Assembly (NCBI RefSeq): GCF_039654945.1
Contig: NW_027361810.1
Location: forward strand, 8,432,001 to 8,496,000
Direction: 5' to 3'
Length of the DNA: 64,000 bases
DNA from: Dendrobates tinctorius
Lineage: Eukaryota
The notes under the pieces are model-generated. The model had not been told where the DNA came from. It ran no database searches and saw nothing but the letters and a program-made list of their open reading frames with translations. Each line of letters starts with the position of its first letter. Within the stretch, counting starts at the first letter, position 1. Below are positions 12,301 through 24,356 of the stretch, piece after piece. Position numbers and translations under genes: made by a program.

Positions 12301-15300
12301 CTCAATATGTGGTGATGCAAACTATTTTTACAATAAAAAGCGTCTGTTAGCGTGCGACAGCCGCCAAACATAAAAACCGCCATAAATAGTAAATCAAACC
12401 CCCCGTTATCACCCCCTTAGTTAGGGAAAAATAATAAAATTAAAAAAAAATGTATTTCCATTTTCCCGTTAGTGTTAGGGCTAGGGCTGAGATTAGGGTT
12501 AGGGGTGTGTTGAGGTTCGGGTTGGAGTTAGAATTGGGGGGTTTCCACTGTTTGGGCACATCGGGGGCTCTCCAAATGCAACATGGCGTCTGATCTCAAT
12601 TCCAGCCAATTCTGCGTTGAAAAAGTCAAATGGTGCTCCTTCCCTTCCAAGCTCTGCCATGCGCCCAAACAGTGTTTTACCCCCACATATAGGGTATCAG
12701 TGTACTCAGGACAAATTGCAAAAGAACTTTTGGGGTCCAATTTCTCCTGTTACTATTAGGAAAATAAAAAATTGGGGGCAAAAATATCATTTTTGTGGAA
12801 AAAAATGATTTTTTTTATTTTCAAGCCCGGCGTTATAAACTTCTGTGAAGCACTTGGGGGTTCAAAGTGCTCACCACACATCTAGATAAGTTCCGTGGGG
12901 GGTCTAGTTTCCAAAATGGGGTCACTTGTGGGGAGTTTCAATAGTTTAGGTACATCAGGGGCTCTCCAAACGCACATGACACCCGCAGACCATTCCATCA
13001 AAGTCTGCATTCCAAAACGTCACTACTTCCCTTCCGAGCCCTGACGTGTGCCCATACAGTAGTTTTCTCCCACATATGAGGTATCGGCGTACTCGGGACA
13101 AATTGGACAACTTTTGGGGTCCAATTTCTCCTGTTACCCTTGGGAAAATAAAAAAATTGGGGACTAAGGCCGGTTTCACATTAGCGCATTTTCAGCGCGC
13201 GCACGGCCGGGGGTAGCTCCGCCCCCGAGCCGGCTCTCTGCTCGGCGTGCCCGCCCCTTCCTTGTAGCGCCGCCTCCTAGCGGACAGCGGCGCCTGCGAT
13301 CGGCGCACCCTATCTTTAGCATAGGGTGCGCCGATCGTGCGCAGGCCGTGCGCTAGTTGCGCTTTGACCTGCGCTGCGCACTTTTGACGGTGCGCCGTGC
13401 GCGCCAAAATCCGAAAAGTTTGATTTTGGCGCGCACGGCGCACCGTCAAAAGTGCGCAGCGCAGGTCAAAGCGCAACTAGCGCACGGCATGCGCACGATC
13501 GGCGCACCCTATGCTAAAGATAGGGTGCGCCGATCGCAGGCGCCGCTGTCCGCTAGGAGGCGGCGCTACAAGGAAGGGGCGGGCACGCCGGGCAGAGAGC
13601 CGGCTCGGGGGCGGAGCTACCCCCGGCCGTGCGCGCGCTGAAAATGCGCTAATGTGAAACCGGCCTAAATGATCATGTTTGTAGAAAAAATATGATTTTT
13701 TTTTATTTTCATGCCCGGGCATTATAAACTTCTGTGAAGCCCTTGGGGGGTTCAAAGTGCTCACCACACATCTAGATAAGTTCCTTAGGGGGTCTAGTTT
13801 CCAAAATGGGGCCACTTGTGGGGGGTTTCCACTGTTTTCGTACATCAGGGGCTTTCCAAATGCGACATGGTGTCCGATCTCAATTCCAGCCAAAAAAGTC
13901 ATGGCGCTGCTTCCCTTCTGAGCTCTGCCATGCGTCCGAATAGTGGTTTACCCCCACATGTGGGGTATCAGCGTACTCAGGACAAATTTCTCAATAACTT
14001 TGAGTCCTGTTATTTTTCCAAGGGTAAGAATTGAGGGTGAAAAGATCATTTTTGTGGAAAAAAAAATGATTTTTTAATTGTACGGCTGTACGTTAGAAAC
14101 TTCTGTGAAGCCCCTGGGGGTTCAAAGTTCTCACCACACATCTAGATAAGTTCCTTGGGGGGGGTCTAGTTTCCAAAATGGTGTCATTTGTGGGGGGTTT
14201 CCACTGTTTGGTACATCAGGGGTTTTCCAATCGCGACATGGTGTCCGATCTCAATTCCAGCCAAAAAAGTCATGACGCTGCTTCCCTTCTGAGCTCTGCC
14301 ATGCGTCCGAATAGTCGTTTACCCCCAAATCTTGGGTATCAGCATACTCAGGACAGATTGCACAATAACTTTTAGGGTCCTGTTACCCTTGGGAAACTAA
14401 AAATTGGGGGTGAAAAGATCATTTTGTGGAAAAAATGATTTTTTAATTGTACCACTGTACGTTATAAACTTCTGTGAAGCCCTTGTTGGTTCAAAGTTCT
14501 CATCACATATCTAGATAAGTTCCTTGGGGGGTCTAGTTTCCAAAATGGGGTCACTTGTGGGGTGTTTCCACTGTTTAGGTACATCAGGGGCTCTCCAAAC
14601 GTGACATGGCGTCCGATCTGAATTCTAGCCAATTTTGCATTGAAAAAGTCAAACGGCGCTCCTTCCCTTCTGAGCTCTGCCATGCGCCGAAACAGTGGTT
14701 CCCCCCAACATATCAGATGTCGGCGTACTCAGGACAAACTGCACAATAACTTTTGCAGTCCAACTTCTCCTGATACCCTTGGTAAAATAAAAAAAAATTG
14801 AACCTGAAGTATTTTTTTTGTGAAAAAAAAGTTAAATGTTCTTTTTTTTTTTTTTTAAATATTAAAAAAATTCCTATGAAGCACCTGAAGGGTTAATAAA
14901 CTTCTTGAATGTGGTTTTGAGCACCTTAAGGGGTGCAGTTTTTAGAATGGTGTCACTTTTGGGGATTTTCTATCATATAGACCCCTCAAAGTGGCTTCAA
15001 ATGTGATGTGGTCCTTAAAAATAAAATGGTGTTGTAAAAATGAGAAATCGCTGGTCAAATTTTAACCCTTATAACTTCCTAAGAAAAAAAAACTTGGGTT
15101 CCAAAATTGTGCTGATGTAAAGTAAACATGTGGGAAATGTTACTTAAGTTTTTATTTGTGCCGTATCTCTGTGATTTAAGGGCATAAAAATTCAAAGTTG
15201 GAAAATTGCGAAATTTTCAAAATTTTCGCCCAATTTCCATTTTTTTCACAAATAAAAGCAAGTTATATGAATGAAATTTTACCACTAACATGAAGTACAA

Positions 15301-18300
15301 TATGTCACGAGAAAACAGTGTCAGAATCACCGGGATCCATGGAAGCATTCTAGAGTTATTACCTCATAAAGGGACAGTGGTCAGAATTGTAAAAATTGGC
15401 TCGGTCATGAACGTGCAAACCACCCTTGGGGGTTAAGGGGTTAAAGGGATTGATCCATGAATATAATAGAGCCGAAGGTTGGAAGCTTCCTCCTCCTGTT
15501 CCCATAAAAGCGTGACCCTGCTATGTTTAGATCCCTTAATGCTTCTTTTTCTGAGGGCTTCCCAAAGTCACAGCTGATCAAACACTGATACATGATAACA
15601 AACTTCAGCTTTGATACTAGGACAAAGTCAAGTTTTCAGTTCCTGTAGTTGGACAGAAATGAGCAGCAAGCAGAGATGTTGAATTTGATAAAGCAACAAC
15701 GTGCAGGGAGGTGAATGTCTGCCGGCCCCTCCACACTGGCAGACCACAGGGGCATTGCGTCACATTCACCTTCCCCCCCTACCGTCCACCATACTTCTCA
15801 TGCACAGCAGGGTGATCTCCTCTGTGGGGGAGGGGGATTACATTATTTGTAGTTACATTGACCCCATAGCATCCCATGAGAGGGATTCCTGTGGTTCTCT
15901 GCTGATGAATTTTTCCTGTACTGCACAAAAGGTGAAAGTTATTCTGGATTTATTTTGCTGCTGACGTCTGCAGAAAACGTTTCTGGTGGGGGATAATCTG
16001 TGTGTTGATCTGTGAAGACAATGCTTCTGGCTGGCAGTGTAGAGACCCTTCACTGAGCTCCTTGTGACTGTCGGGCAGTGTCCTGCTGTCCACTTACACA
16101 ATAGCAAGTGATTAGGCTCCCTGACAAGTGGTCAAATGATCAGCTATGGTCTATACGGAAACACTGATGTGCTCATTTTCCCTGCATGCCTCCACAGGAG
16201 AAATTAAGTATTACACAATGTCAATTCATATCCTTGGGTTGTCTCATGAGAGAGGGACGCTCATTATCTTGTTTTTTTTGGATCCCCTTTATTAACCCCT
16301 TAGTACAATGCTACAAAACCAGCGAATATATTTATACCAGGCGCTGTATCTAGTCGCCGGTTTCACATTCAGGCTCAGTCGGTTATGTCTTCTGGAAAGA
16401 CTGTAACATGCAGAGAACATGGGAGTGAGGACGGCCCCTATCGTTGCTTGGACTAGTGATGGCGTCTGTGCATTACATGGGCTGCATTTAATTCCCGGTC
16501 CCTGCTTGGTGAGTGGGTGCTCACTGAGTGCTGTGTACCCGGCCGCTGCATTGCTGGTATAATCAGGAGGCGGCAGGGCTTTTGCTCGGATTTCTCCACA
16601 ATTGATGCACTTCTCATTTTTTTTTATCTTATTTTGTCCTAATTAGAAAATCAGAAAAGCAAACTACAACCACATGTTTTACTCAGCTGATTCCACCTCG
16701 GCCACGCGGTGTCTGTGCCCATAGTTTGCAGTTCACTGGTGTTTTGCTGGCTGTTCTCCCTGTGTCGTACATGATACCGTGGATCTCCCTCCTTGTATTC
16801 TTCCCATCTGTTACTGCAGCAATGAGCAGAGATCCTTGTATGGTAGAAAGGACTTCTTGTGTGATGTGTGCGGTCAGGGCAGGAAATGTGTCACTTCCTG
16901 AGTCGCTTGGCTCTGCTACATCACTGTTATAAGCGCTGTCCACGGCTTGACGTGTATACAGTGATCCCAGGACTGCATCCTAATTCTTAGTCATTGTGTA
17001 TGACTGCAGATGGTTACACCATATACTGACCCCAGCTGTGTACTCCTGCAGATGATGACACAGTATACTGACCCCAGCGAGTGTACGGCTGCAGATGGTT
17101 ATACCATATACTGACCCCAGCGAGTGTACGGCTGCAGATGGTTATACCATATACTGACCCCAGCTGTGTACTTCTGCGGATAATGACACTGCATACTGAC
17201 CCCAGCAAGTGTGCTGCAGCTGGGAGTGTACGGCTGCAGATGGATACGCCGTGTACAGACCCTGGCGAGTGTACGGCTGCTTTTGTGTGCACACAGTTAC
17301 ACCTTATAGTCGTTCTGATATCTGTTCCTTTTGGTTTTTTTCTTCATTCTCAGGTACTGAAGAACACCTATGGAAGTTACCTAACATCTCCTGAGCCCGG
17401 TAAGATTTTGTCTGATTTTTCCTGATACAATGCATGTCTGTAGAGTCCTGTTAACACATCGGCCTCTTCGTCACGTCGCCACATTACAACTCTTGAACTG
17501 GCGTTTCTCTCATGGTTTTGTGATATATCTGTATGTAATGCAACAGTTTTTCACTTTACATTGTGATCTTTGGAAAGCACTGATAAAACATTCTGGTGCC
17601 ACAATGTGATGGATTTCTCTCTTCTCCTTAGGTTACAATGTATCTTTGCTTTTTGACCTGGAGAATCTTCCTTCCAACCGCGACGCCATGATCCACCAGG
17701 CCGGTATGCTCAAGAGGAACTGCTTCGCCTCAGTGTTTGAGAAGTACTTCAGGTTTCAGGAAGAAGGAAAAGATGGCGAGAGGAGAGCCGTAATCCACTA
17801 CCGGGAGGATGAGACCATGTGAGTCCTTCATGATGAGCCCCGAACTATAACATATGGTCATGCTTAATAATGCAGTCCAAATAAAATGCCGAACAATACA
17901 AGTAGTGTTCTCTTATGGATATTTTCACCAGGTGCAAATAACTATAAAATCACCTCCTGTGTACAAGAATATAACTACTATAATACTGCCCTCTATATTC
18001 AAGTATATAACTACTATAATACTGCCCCCGATGTACAAGAATATAACTACTATAATACTGCTTCTATGTACAAGAATATAACTACTAGAATACTGCCCTC
18101 TATGCACAAGAATATAACTACTTTAATACTGCCCGCTATATACAAGAATATAACTACTATAATACTGCTGCTATGTACAAGAATAAAACTACTATAATAC
18201 TGCCCCTATATAAGAGAATATAACTACTATAATACTGCCCTCTATATACAAGAATATAACTACTATAATACTGCCCTCTATATACAAGAATATAACTACT

Positions 18301-21300
18301 ATAATACTGCCCTCTATATACAAGAATATAACTACTATAATACTGCCCACTATGTACAAGAATATAACTACTATAATACTGCCCTCTATATACAAGAATA
18401 TAACTACTATAATACTGCCCTCTATATACAGGAATATACTATAATACTGCCCTCTATATACAGGAATATAACTACTATAATACTGCTCCCTATGTACTGT
18501 GTAATACTCTAAAGTCACTTGATTGTCATTTTAATCAGAGTTACTACTTCTAGGTATGTGGAAGCGAAGAAGGACCGGGTGACGGTGGTGTTCAGCACAG
18601 TATTTAAGGACGATGATGATGTGGTTATAGGGAAGGTTTTCATGCAGGTTAGTATCTGACTGCTGTATAGTAATATCGTGCCGTTGGCGGTCAGCATTGT
18701 CGGCCAGTACAGCACAGACTACAGTGTAGTTTATGGTGCGGATGCTCTGGATATGTTTTCACCCATTCCCAGTACAGATGAGCTTGAGTGGTGTGGGAAT
18801 AGCTTTAACCCAGTCTTTATTTGCAGGAGTTTAAGGAGGGACGCCGCGCCAGTCACACCGCACCTCAGGTTCTTTTCAGCCATCGGGAGCCTCCTCTGGA
18901 GCTGAAGGACACGGATGCAGCAGTGGGAGATAACATTGGGTACATCACATTTGGTGAGTGCTCACTATGGATACGACTAGAATATCAGTACTGCAGACAA
19001 TCACTGATTGCATCTTCGTTCACAGCAGATCATTTACATGTAGATTTCCTGAAAGGGCTGAGCAGCAGAATTGGCCCACATGACTCTTGCACAGGAGCAT
19101 TGTTATTTTAGGAAGCTTCTAATTTCTTATTTCGGCTTCACGTCTGCTTTTGTATCCTTAGTGCTCTTCCCACGTCACACCAATGCCAACGCACGGGACA
19201 ACACCATCAATCTCATTCACACGTTCCGGGACTACCTGCACTACCACATCAAGTGCTCCAAGGTGGGTCCTCTGCACATCCCCGCTCCTGGGTCCCCATC
19301 TACATGTTATGGCGGTTATTGACATAATAAAAAAAACAAGGGTTTTTACATTTAATGCCTTTGTCTGTCCTTTCTTTAAAAGGCTTACATCCATACTCGC
19401 ATGAGAGCAAAAACCTCAGACTTCCTCAAGGTCCTGAACAGAGCTCGTCCGGATGCAGAGAGGAAGGAGATGAAGACTATGTCGTGAGTTGATTTGATTA
19501 TGGGCAGGAGTTTTAAAGGGGTATTCTGTTAAGGACAGGTGATAACGTCTTGATTGGTGCTGAGACTCCCACCGATCACTAGAAGGGGGAACTGATGATT
19601 GGTATAACCATCTCACTGGTTGGAGACCCATCACTCCAGTAGTTATCACCTCACCTGTGGATATTGTTGTTTTCTGGCCAGAATACTCATTACAGAATTA
19701 AAAAAGCTTCTTCAACTTTCTCTTTTGTTTCCTTGTCGTTTTCAAGATCTCTGCTTGTTGTCAGTGAACAGAAACATTCTTGTTTATATCCAGAAAATGA
19801 AAGTAGTTTAGATCTTTTTCACAGCTGAGGGTTTGCTTCACTTGTATTCAGTCTATATAATTTACTCACGGCTGACTCATTTGACTTGCACTGATACTTT
19901 GTAGGGGAAAACAAAACAGAAATTTGTGCTCATGGTGTATGTACCTCACACAGGGCGATGTAAATTAAATTGCAGCAAAGTCTCAGCTGTGAAAAGCATT
20001 AGGATGTGGGGGTGGGGTAAATGAAATTTTCCTTAGAACTTGGGGAGTTCAGAGGCTTGTCACACCTTCTACCTGCACTGATATATTGTAACAATCCCAC
20101 CAGCTGAGAAAGCAGAATTGGTTTTCTTGGCATGGTAAGAAAATGTTTCCATTCATAAACAGCAAGTAGAGGTCTGTAGAAATGGAGATGAAGAACATGA
20201 CATTACACAACAAATAAACTGCGCAATGTTTTATGTTTCTTCCTTGTTCTACACCCTAATAAAATCAAATTGTCCCTTGTAAGGACGGTGCCAGGTATGT
20301 GTGATGGTGGTGATGAGATCTGTACATACCTGTGGTATTTATAAGCCCCGGATGATGCCGAGATAACATTCAATATCAGACATTCCCATCTCCTGACGTG
20401 GCAGTACTATGCTGCTCTGTTAGGATTACATAGGAAGAAGGGTAAGTTCACACGTTGCATATTTGGTGCCAATTTTCCACAATTTTACTTACAGAAAATC
20501 TCAGTGTAACGTACCCCCGCTAAGTGGATGCAAGTTCAACAAATCTCACCTACACATAGCTGAAAATTTCTGCACAGAAAATGTGCTGTGGTACTAGAGT
20601 TCTAGTGCTCTTCCTCTCTGAAGAGCCAATATGCACAGAATGAGTGCAGCACCCCAATTTCGCAATATTAAGGGTGGAACCTGCAGCAAAATTCGTGTGT
20701 AACAAAAGCGGATTTTTTTGCAGACACACTAGTGAAACATCTGCAGCAAAATGCAACGTATGATCTTATATTGGAGATGTATCAGGAGCTCAATAGGAAA
20801 CCTCCAGGAACAGGTTCACTCCTTGAGTTTTGGTTGGATTTTATGTATTTTTCTAAACCAAAATCCTCCAGTGTTTCTGCATGTAAAATCTCTGTCTATT
20901 TTCTGAGCTGATTCATGCTTTTTAATGTGCATTTATTTCTTTTAGGATAGAGCAACTAAACAATGCCAGGTCTGCACTTAACATTTGTGCCAAAAAAGGA
21001 GCGTTTCCACAGCAGAAATTGCAGATATACAAAACATTTTTTTAATAAAAGTTAATTTCTGTGTGGATTCCACATAAAGAATGCAACATGTGGATGAGAG
21101 TTAGTTAAAACTCCTCTTTGCTTGTACTGTGTAAAATGCTTCAGCTTTTACTTGGATATAATCCTGGTGTTCAGAGATTGTCATCGGAAAGAGACCTGTT
21201 GTTTAAACTCAGGTTTATGCGATCAATGTATTTTTTATAATTATTTACCTTTTTTTTTTTTTTTTTTTTTCCCCGTATTACAATCTTTATAAAAAATGTG

Positions 21301-22828
21301 AAATCTTGCCATTTTCACGCTGGCCTCTGGGGGCTATTTAAAGACTTCTCTTTCCTGTCATTTTATGACATGCTCGTGTAAATTAGGAGCAATAAACTGA
21401 CCTACTCATTTTTTTTATATTGAAGTATCTAATGAGCATGTGCAGAACTCAATGTGAAGGAAGGGGGAGCAGGTGAGCTGTGACACCCCCCCCATGTGAT
21501 GAGTGGATCCAGTGTATAGGTGTTAACTGTCATAGTAATTCTGCTGATACTGAAAGGACAAAAATGAGCCTAAGAAAAGCCTCTTTGTCCACCATGTAAA
21601 AACTGAGGGTTTTTTTGACAGTAAATAATGCGATTTAAAAAAGTGGCCATTATGAGAAAGGCATAAAATACAGCAGAATCACAAAATAAGTTTGTCACTT
21701 GCTACATAAATGTCCCAGCGTGGCTGGTGGTCTCTACAGTCCCTTTATGGATTCGGTGCCGGCCGCTCAGATACTGTCTGACTCCAGCAGAGAGGGGCTG
21801 TCAGTGGTTCTCCCCTCTTACCTAATAAAGGGGCAGTGATAAAATGTTTCCATCTTTTAAAGACTCATACTATTTATCTCTAAAGGTATCTTTGAGATTG
21901 TGTCTTATTAAAAGCTTTGCACCATTTCCCACCTATAGCCTCCGAGTTACCCTGACTTTATCTGTCTGTAGAATAAGTTACCGTAACTGAGAATCCATCA
22001 GTGAGCTTGTTGTGGTGGGAGCACCCCCATCAAACTCCCTATAAGAATGAGCTCACTGACCGATTCTCATTTGGCTCATTCTTCTGTCAGCATTAGTCTT
22101 ACAATAAAGACTATACAAGGGAAACGGTGCAAAATTTTTCTTGACATTCAATTGCAAAAATTATATTTGGCCTTGTTAAAAAAAAAAAAAAAATCTTTTT
22201 AATAGTTCATGTAGACTGAGGTGGTCTTTGTGCGTTTACCCCTGTTTGTATTGGGTGGCCTTGTCAGCTTTCTGGTTTCCTCATGTTGTCCATTAGTTAC
22301 TCCTCCTGGAAACGTGTGATATTTTTTCTAGCTGGGCGCTCTCACTCTTTTTCTTGGGGTTTGGATTGACGCGGTCAGATCCATGCAGATAATTATCAGT
22401 ATTGATGAGAAGTGTAACACCCATGTGTCCGTATATTCCTACACTTCCAGGAGGATTTACTCAGGCGGCTCATCATACGGTCTGAGACTCTGCATTGTTA
22501 GAAGAATTTACTAACCGGATTTCTGGAGCGCTGCCGCTCCTCCTTTTTAAAGGGTTTTTTGGGGGCTATTGGTTGTACTCTGTGACCTTTGTGCTGCTCC
22601 TGAAGCTACAACTCCCGCATGTCCAGGATGAGCAGATAGCAGTGGTTGAATTTATATTTGTTAATTCAGCATTACAGAACCTTGTGGATTATTGCAGGTC
22701 CTCGGAGAAATGTATTAACTTGCATCTGCTGGATTACCATATGCCAGATTAAAGGAATTTAACCAAAACTTTTTTTTTCTTTTTTTTTTTTTTTAATTTT
22801 TAGGGGCAAGACCTTTGCCACTCGTTGA
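4794..22828 (+). CDS. ARPC2: ARPC2, actin-related protein 2/3 complex subunit 2 (p34-Arc); whole-gene span, 10 coding exons, 903 nt, 300 aa
   Basis: Exons 4794-4867, 7716-7750, 11067-11179, 17354-17399, 17632-17818, 18554-18647, 18827-18953, 19162-19262, 19383-19483, 22804-22828. All introns GT-AG with consistent phases. Spliced protein [40 protein letters not shown]...EMKTMSGKTFATR* is colinear with ARPC2. Confidence 0.98.
6239..6314. repeat. (TA)n microsatellite, ~38 units
   Basis: Pure TA run. Confidence 0.98.
6525..7175. repeat. Minisatellite, 43-45-bp unit, ~15 copies (ARPC2 intron 1)
   Basis: Unit ACACATCTCCTGAGCTGGCTCCGTCCTGGCGGTGCCGCGTGGCAC. Confidence 0.95.
7716..7750 (+). CDS. ARPC2: ARPC2 coding exon 2 (35 nt)
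   Basis: Long T tract then tag|; [11 protein letters not shown]; donor gtgacg. Confidence 0.96.
7985..8423. mobile_element. PIF/Harbinger-type MITE (palindromic)
   Basis: TIR GGCTAGTTTCACA...TGTGAAACTAGCC; TAA target duplication (7982-7984, 8424-8426); internal sequence related to the 13168 element. Confidence 0.85.
8600..10918 (+). mobile_element. L2-clade LINE, 5'-truncated, frameshifted ORF2 (RT) with 3' UTR
   Basis: [55 protein letters not shown]; 3' end ...gtgctgcggaatatgtcagcactatagaaataaaatttattatt. Confidence 0.92.
11067..11179 (+). CDS. ARPC2: ARPC2 coding exon 3 (113 nt)
   Basis: [38 protein letters not shown]; ttttag| and |gtgggt. Confidence 0.96.
11299..15440. mobile_element. 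Large non-autonomous TTAA-targeting (piggyBac-like) DNA element with internal ~370-390-bp tandem repeats
   Basis: TTAA|CCCCTT...AAGGGG|TTAA termini. Internal anchor TCTAGATAAGTTCC recurs at 12881, 13771, 14141 and 14510. No transposase ORF. Confidence 0.7.
13168..13665. mobile_element. PIF/Harbinger-type MITE, near-perfect 498-bp palindrome, nested in the piggyBac-like element
   Basis: TIR GGCCGGTTTCACA; TAA TSD (13165-13167, 13666-13668); 244-bp arms and a 10-nt loop. Confidence 0.92.
17000..17285. repeat. Short minisatellite, ~43-bp unit, ~6 copies
   Basis: ATACTGACCCCAGCGAGTGTACGGCTGCAGATGGTTATACCAT and variants. Confidence 0.8.
17354..17399 (+). CDS. ARPC2: ARPC2 coding exon 4 (46 nt)
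   Basis: [15 protein letters not shown](G); ctcag| and |gtaaga. Confidence 0.94.
17632..17818 (+). CDS. ARPC2: ARPC2 coding exon 5 (187 nt)
   Basis: [13 protein letters not shown]...[19 protein letters not shown]...IHYREDETM; |gtgagt. Confidence 0.97.
17935..18497. repeat. 35-36-bp AT-rich satellite, ~15 copies (ARPC2 intron 5)
   Basis: AAGAATATAACTACTATAATACTGCCCTCTATATAC; reverse complement of the 30178-38445 array. Confidence 0.95.
18554..18647 (+). CDS. ARPC2: ARPC2 coding exon 6 (94 nt)
   Basis: [31 protein letters not shown]. Confidence 0.97.
18827..18953 (+). CDS. ARPC2: ARPC2 coding exon 7 (127 nt)
   Basis: [42 protein letters not shown]. Confidence 0.97.
19162..19262 (+). CDS. 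ARPC2: ARPC2 coding exon 8 (101 nt)
   Basis: [34 protein letters not shown]. Confidence 0.97.
19383..19483 (+). CDS. ARPC2: ARPC2 coding exon 9 (101 nt)
   Basis: [33 protein letters not shown](S). Confidence 0.97.
22804..22828 (+). CDS. ARPC2: ARPC2 last coding exon (25 nt to stop)
   Basis: Long T tract then tag|G GGC AAG ACC TTT GCC ACT CGT TGA = GKTFATR*. Confidence 0.94.
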
Positions 22829-23137
22829 CCGCGTGGCTGACCATTCAATAATGTTAAAAAAAAAAAAAAAAAAAGCACCAATCACCCCTGGTGTCAGATT
22901 TCCAGGCAGAACGGTTCCAGTGTGACCCTCGGGGTAAAGTTTAGTGAAATCCAATCTATTTGAAGCCGTGCTTTGCCAAGACTGAAATCGGATAAAACAG
23001 AAAGGAGCGGGATGTGCTCCGTTTTCTTCACGTGTCTCTACCCCGCGCCATGTTCTGCTTTCTCTACTCGTTTCTTACACAAAAAAAGAAAATCCTGGTG
23101 AAATCTCGTTGTGCAAATTATGTTTTTGGAATTGTTA

Positions 23138-23143
23138 AATAAA
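23138..23143 (+). terminator. ARPC2 polyadenylation signal
   Basis: AATAAA ~310 nt after the stop, followed by T/GT-rich sequence. Confidence 0.7.
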
Positions 23144-24225
23144 TCTTTCTATCCTATCTGTGTCTTCATGTAACTTGTTCACAACTTGGCTCTTAAAAGG
23201 GGATGTGGGAGGGAGGCCAGAAGGGTCTATAAACACCATTAGGAAGGGGGATCCTCAGAAGAAAACATCTTTGCGGGACCCAACATGAAATGGGCAAATC
23301 ATTGATCTCAGTGGGCGATGTGTAATTCTTACATTCTCCTGCGGAGGAGCTATAGCAAGATTACAGCACATCGTTGGGGGGAGGAGGCTGTAGCAAGAAA
23401 ATCCTCTTTTTAGATAATGAAGGTTATTGAATAGTGATTTGTTTTTTAGTTTATAGAACATAGTTTACTGTATCACTTATCTGCACTTTTCAGGATCTCT
23501 GCTTTCTAGCTAGTACTGAGACATACATGTTGCACTGCAGCTTAATGTTGTGGAGCCACAAGGTTCCTATTTATTGACCGCAAGCAGCAATCTTACAAAA
23601 ATGTTGAAAGTTCTTTTTAAAACTTCAAGCTGAAAAACCCCATTGATGGTCAACACCAGTCTGATAAACTCGAGGTTCTCATACTCTTCCTAAATATGTG
23701 TAAATTCTGATAATCTGGCATTGCATGAGATTCCAGCCTTTTCTCAATACCTGTAATCGGTCCGGTCTATGTCTGACTGTTTGAGTCCGGTGCCGGACTA
23801 TTGGACACTAGTTGTCATGCCGGACTAGCAGACATTCTGCAGATAGTATACTGTCCAGTAACTATTACTGCCGTTTACCCGTATCGACCCTGCTCTGGTC
23901 AGGAGGAGCGATCAGACGCGTCGATTATGATGCGCTCGGAAGTGATGACATCATATTTCTGCATAAATGATGTCATTCACACCCGTCATGCAAACCTCGC
24001 CCACTTTTCTTGCTACTTGTGAAGTGTTGCAAATAATCCTATTACTCTCTGTATTATAGTGACCTAAAGCCATCAAATTCTTTGAATATAGAGTTCCAAT
24101 AGTCCGGCATCTGATGGTCTGGAAATTCTTATATTCCCAGATGCGACATTATTAGAACAGCAGGGATTCATTGTTACATTTCCACATTACTAATACACAG
24201 CCACAGATAATTAGTTCTTATTAGT

Positions 24226-24231
24226 TTTATT
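24226..24231 (-). terminator. Polyadenylation signal of the K18-like gene
   Basis: AATAAA on the minus strand ~34 nt after TAA. Confidence 0.6.
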
Positions 24232-24264
24232 AATCCTGTTCACATTCGCCATCCTGCCGCTATC

Positions 24265-24356
24265 TTATTTAATGGTGTCTTCAGATGACGCAGACACTAC
24301 TTTTCCGTCCACGATCTCGTGCTGGGTCACCGTCACCTTCTGTATAGTGCTTGGTG
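24265..24356 (-). CDS. K18-like exon 8 (tail, 92 nt to stop)
   Basis: ccccacag|(A)[29 protein letters not shown]. Confidence 0.9.

Noticed and set aside
12468-12530. Interstitial telomere or chromosome fusion scar
   Set aside because: Only a few degenerate TTAGGG-like units in one orientation, lying inside a transposon-like element.
13192-13641. Two near-identical 94-aa ORFs on opposite strands
   Set aside because: A by-product of the palindromic MITE, not a gene pair.
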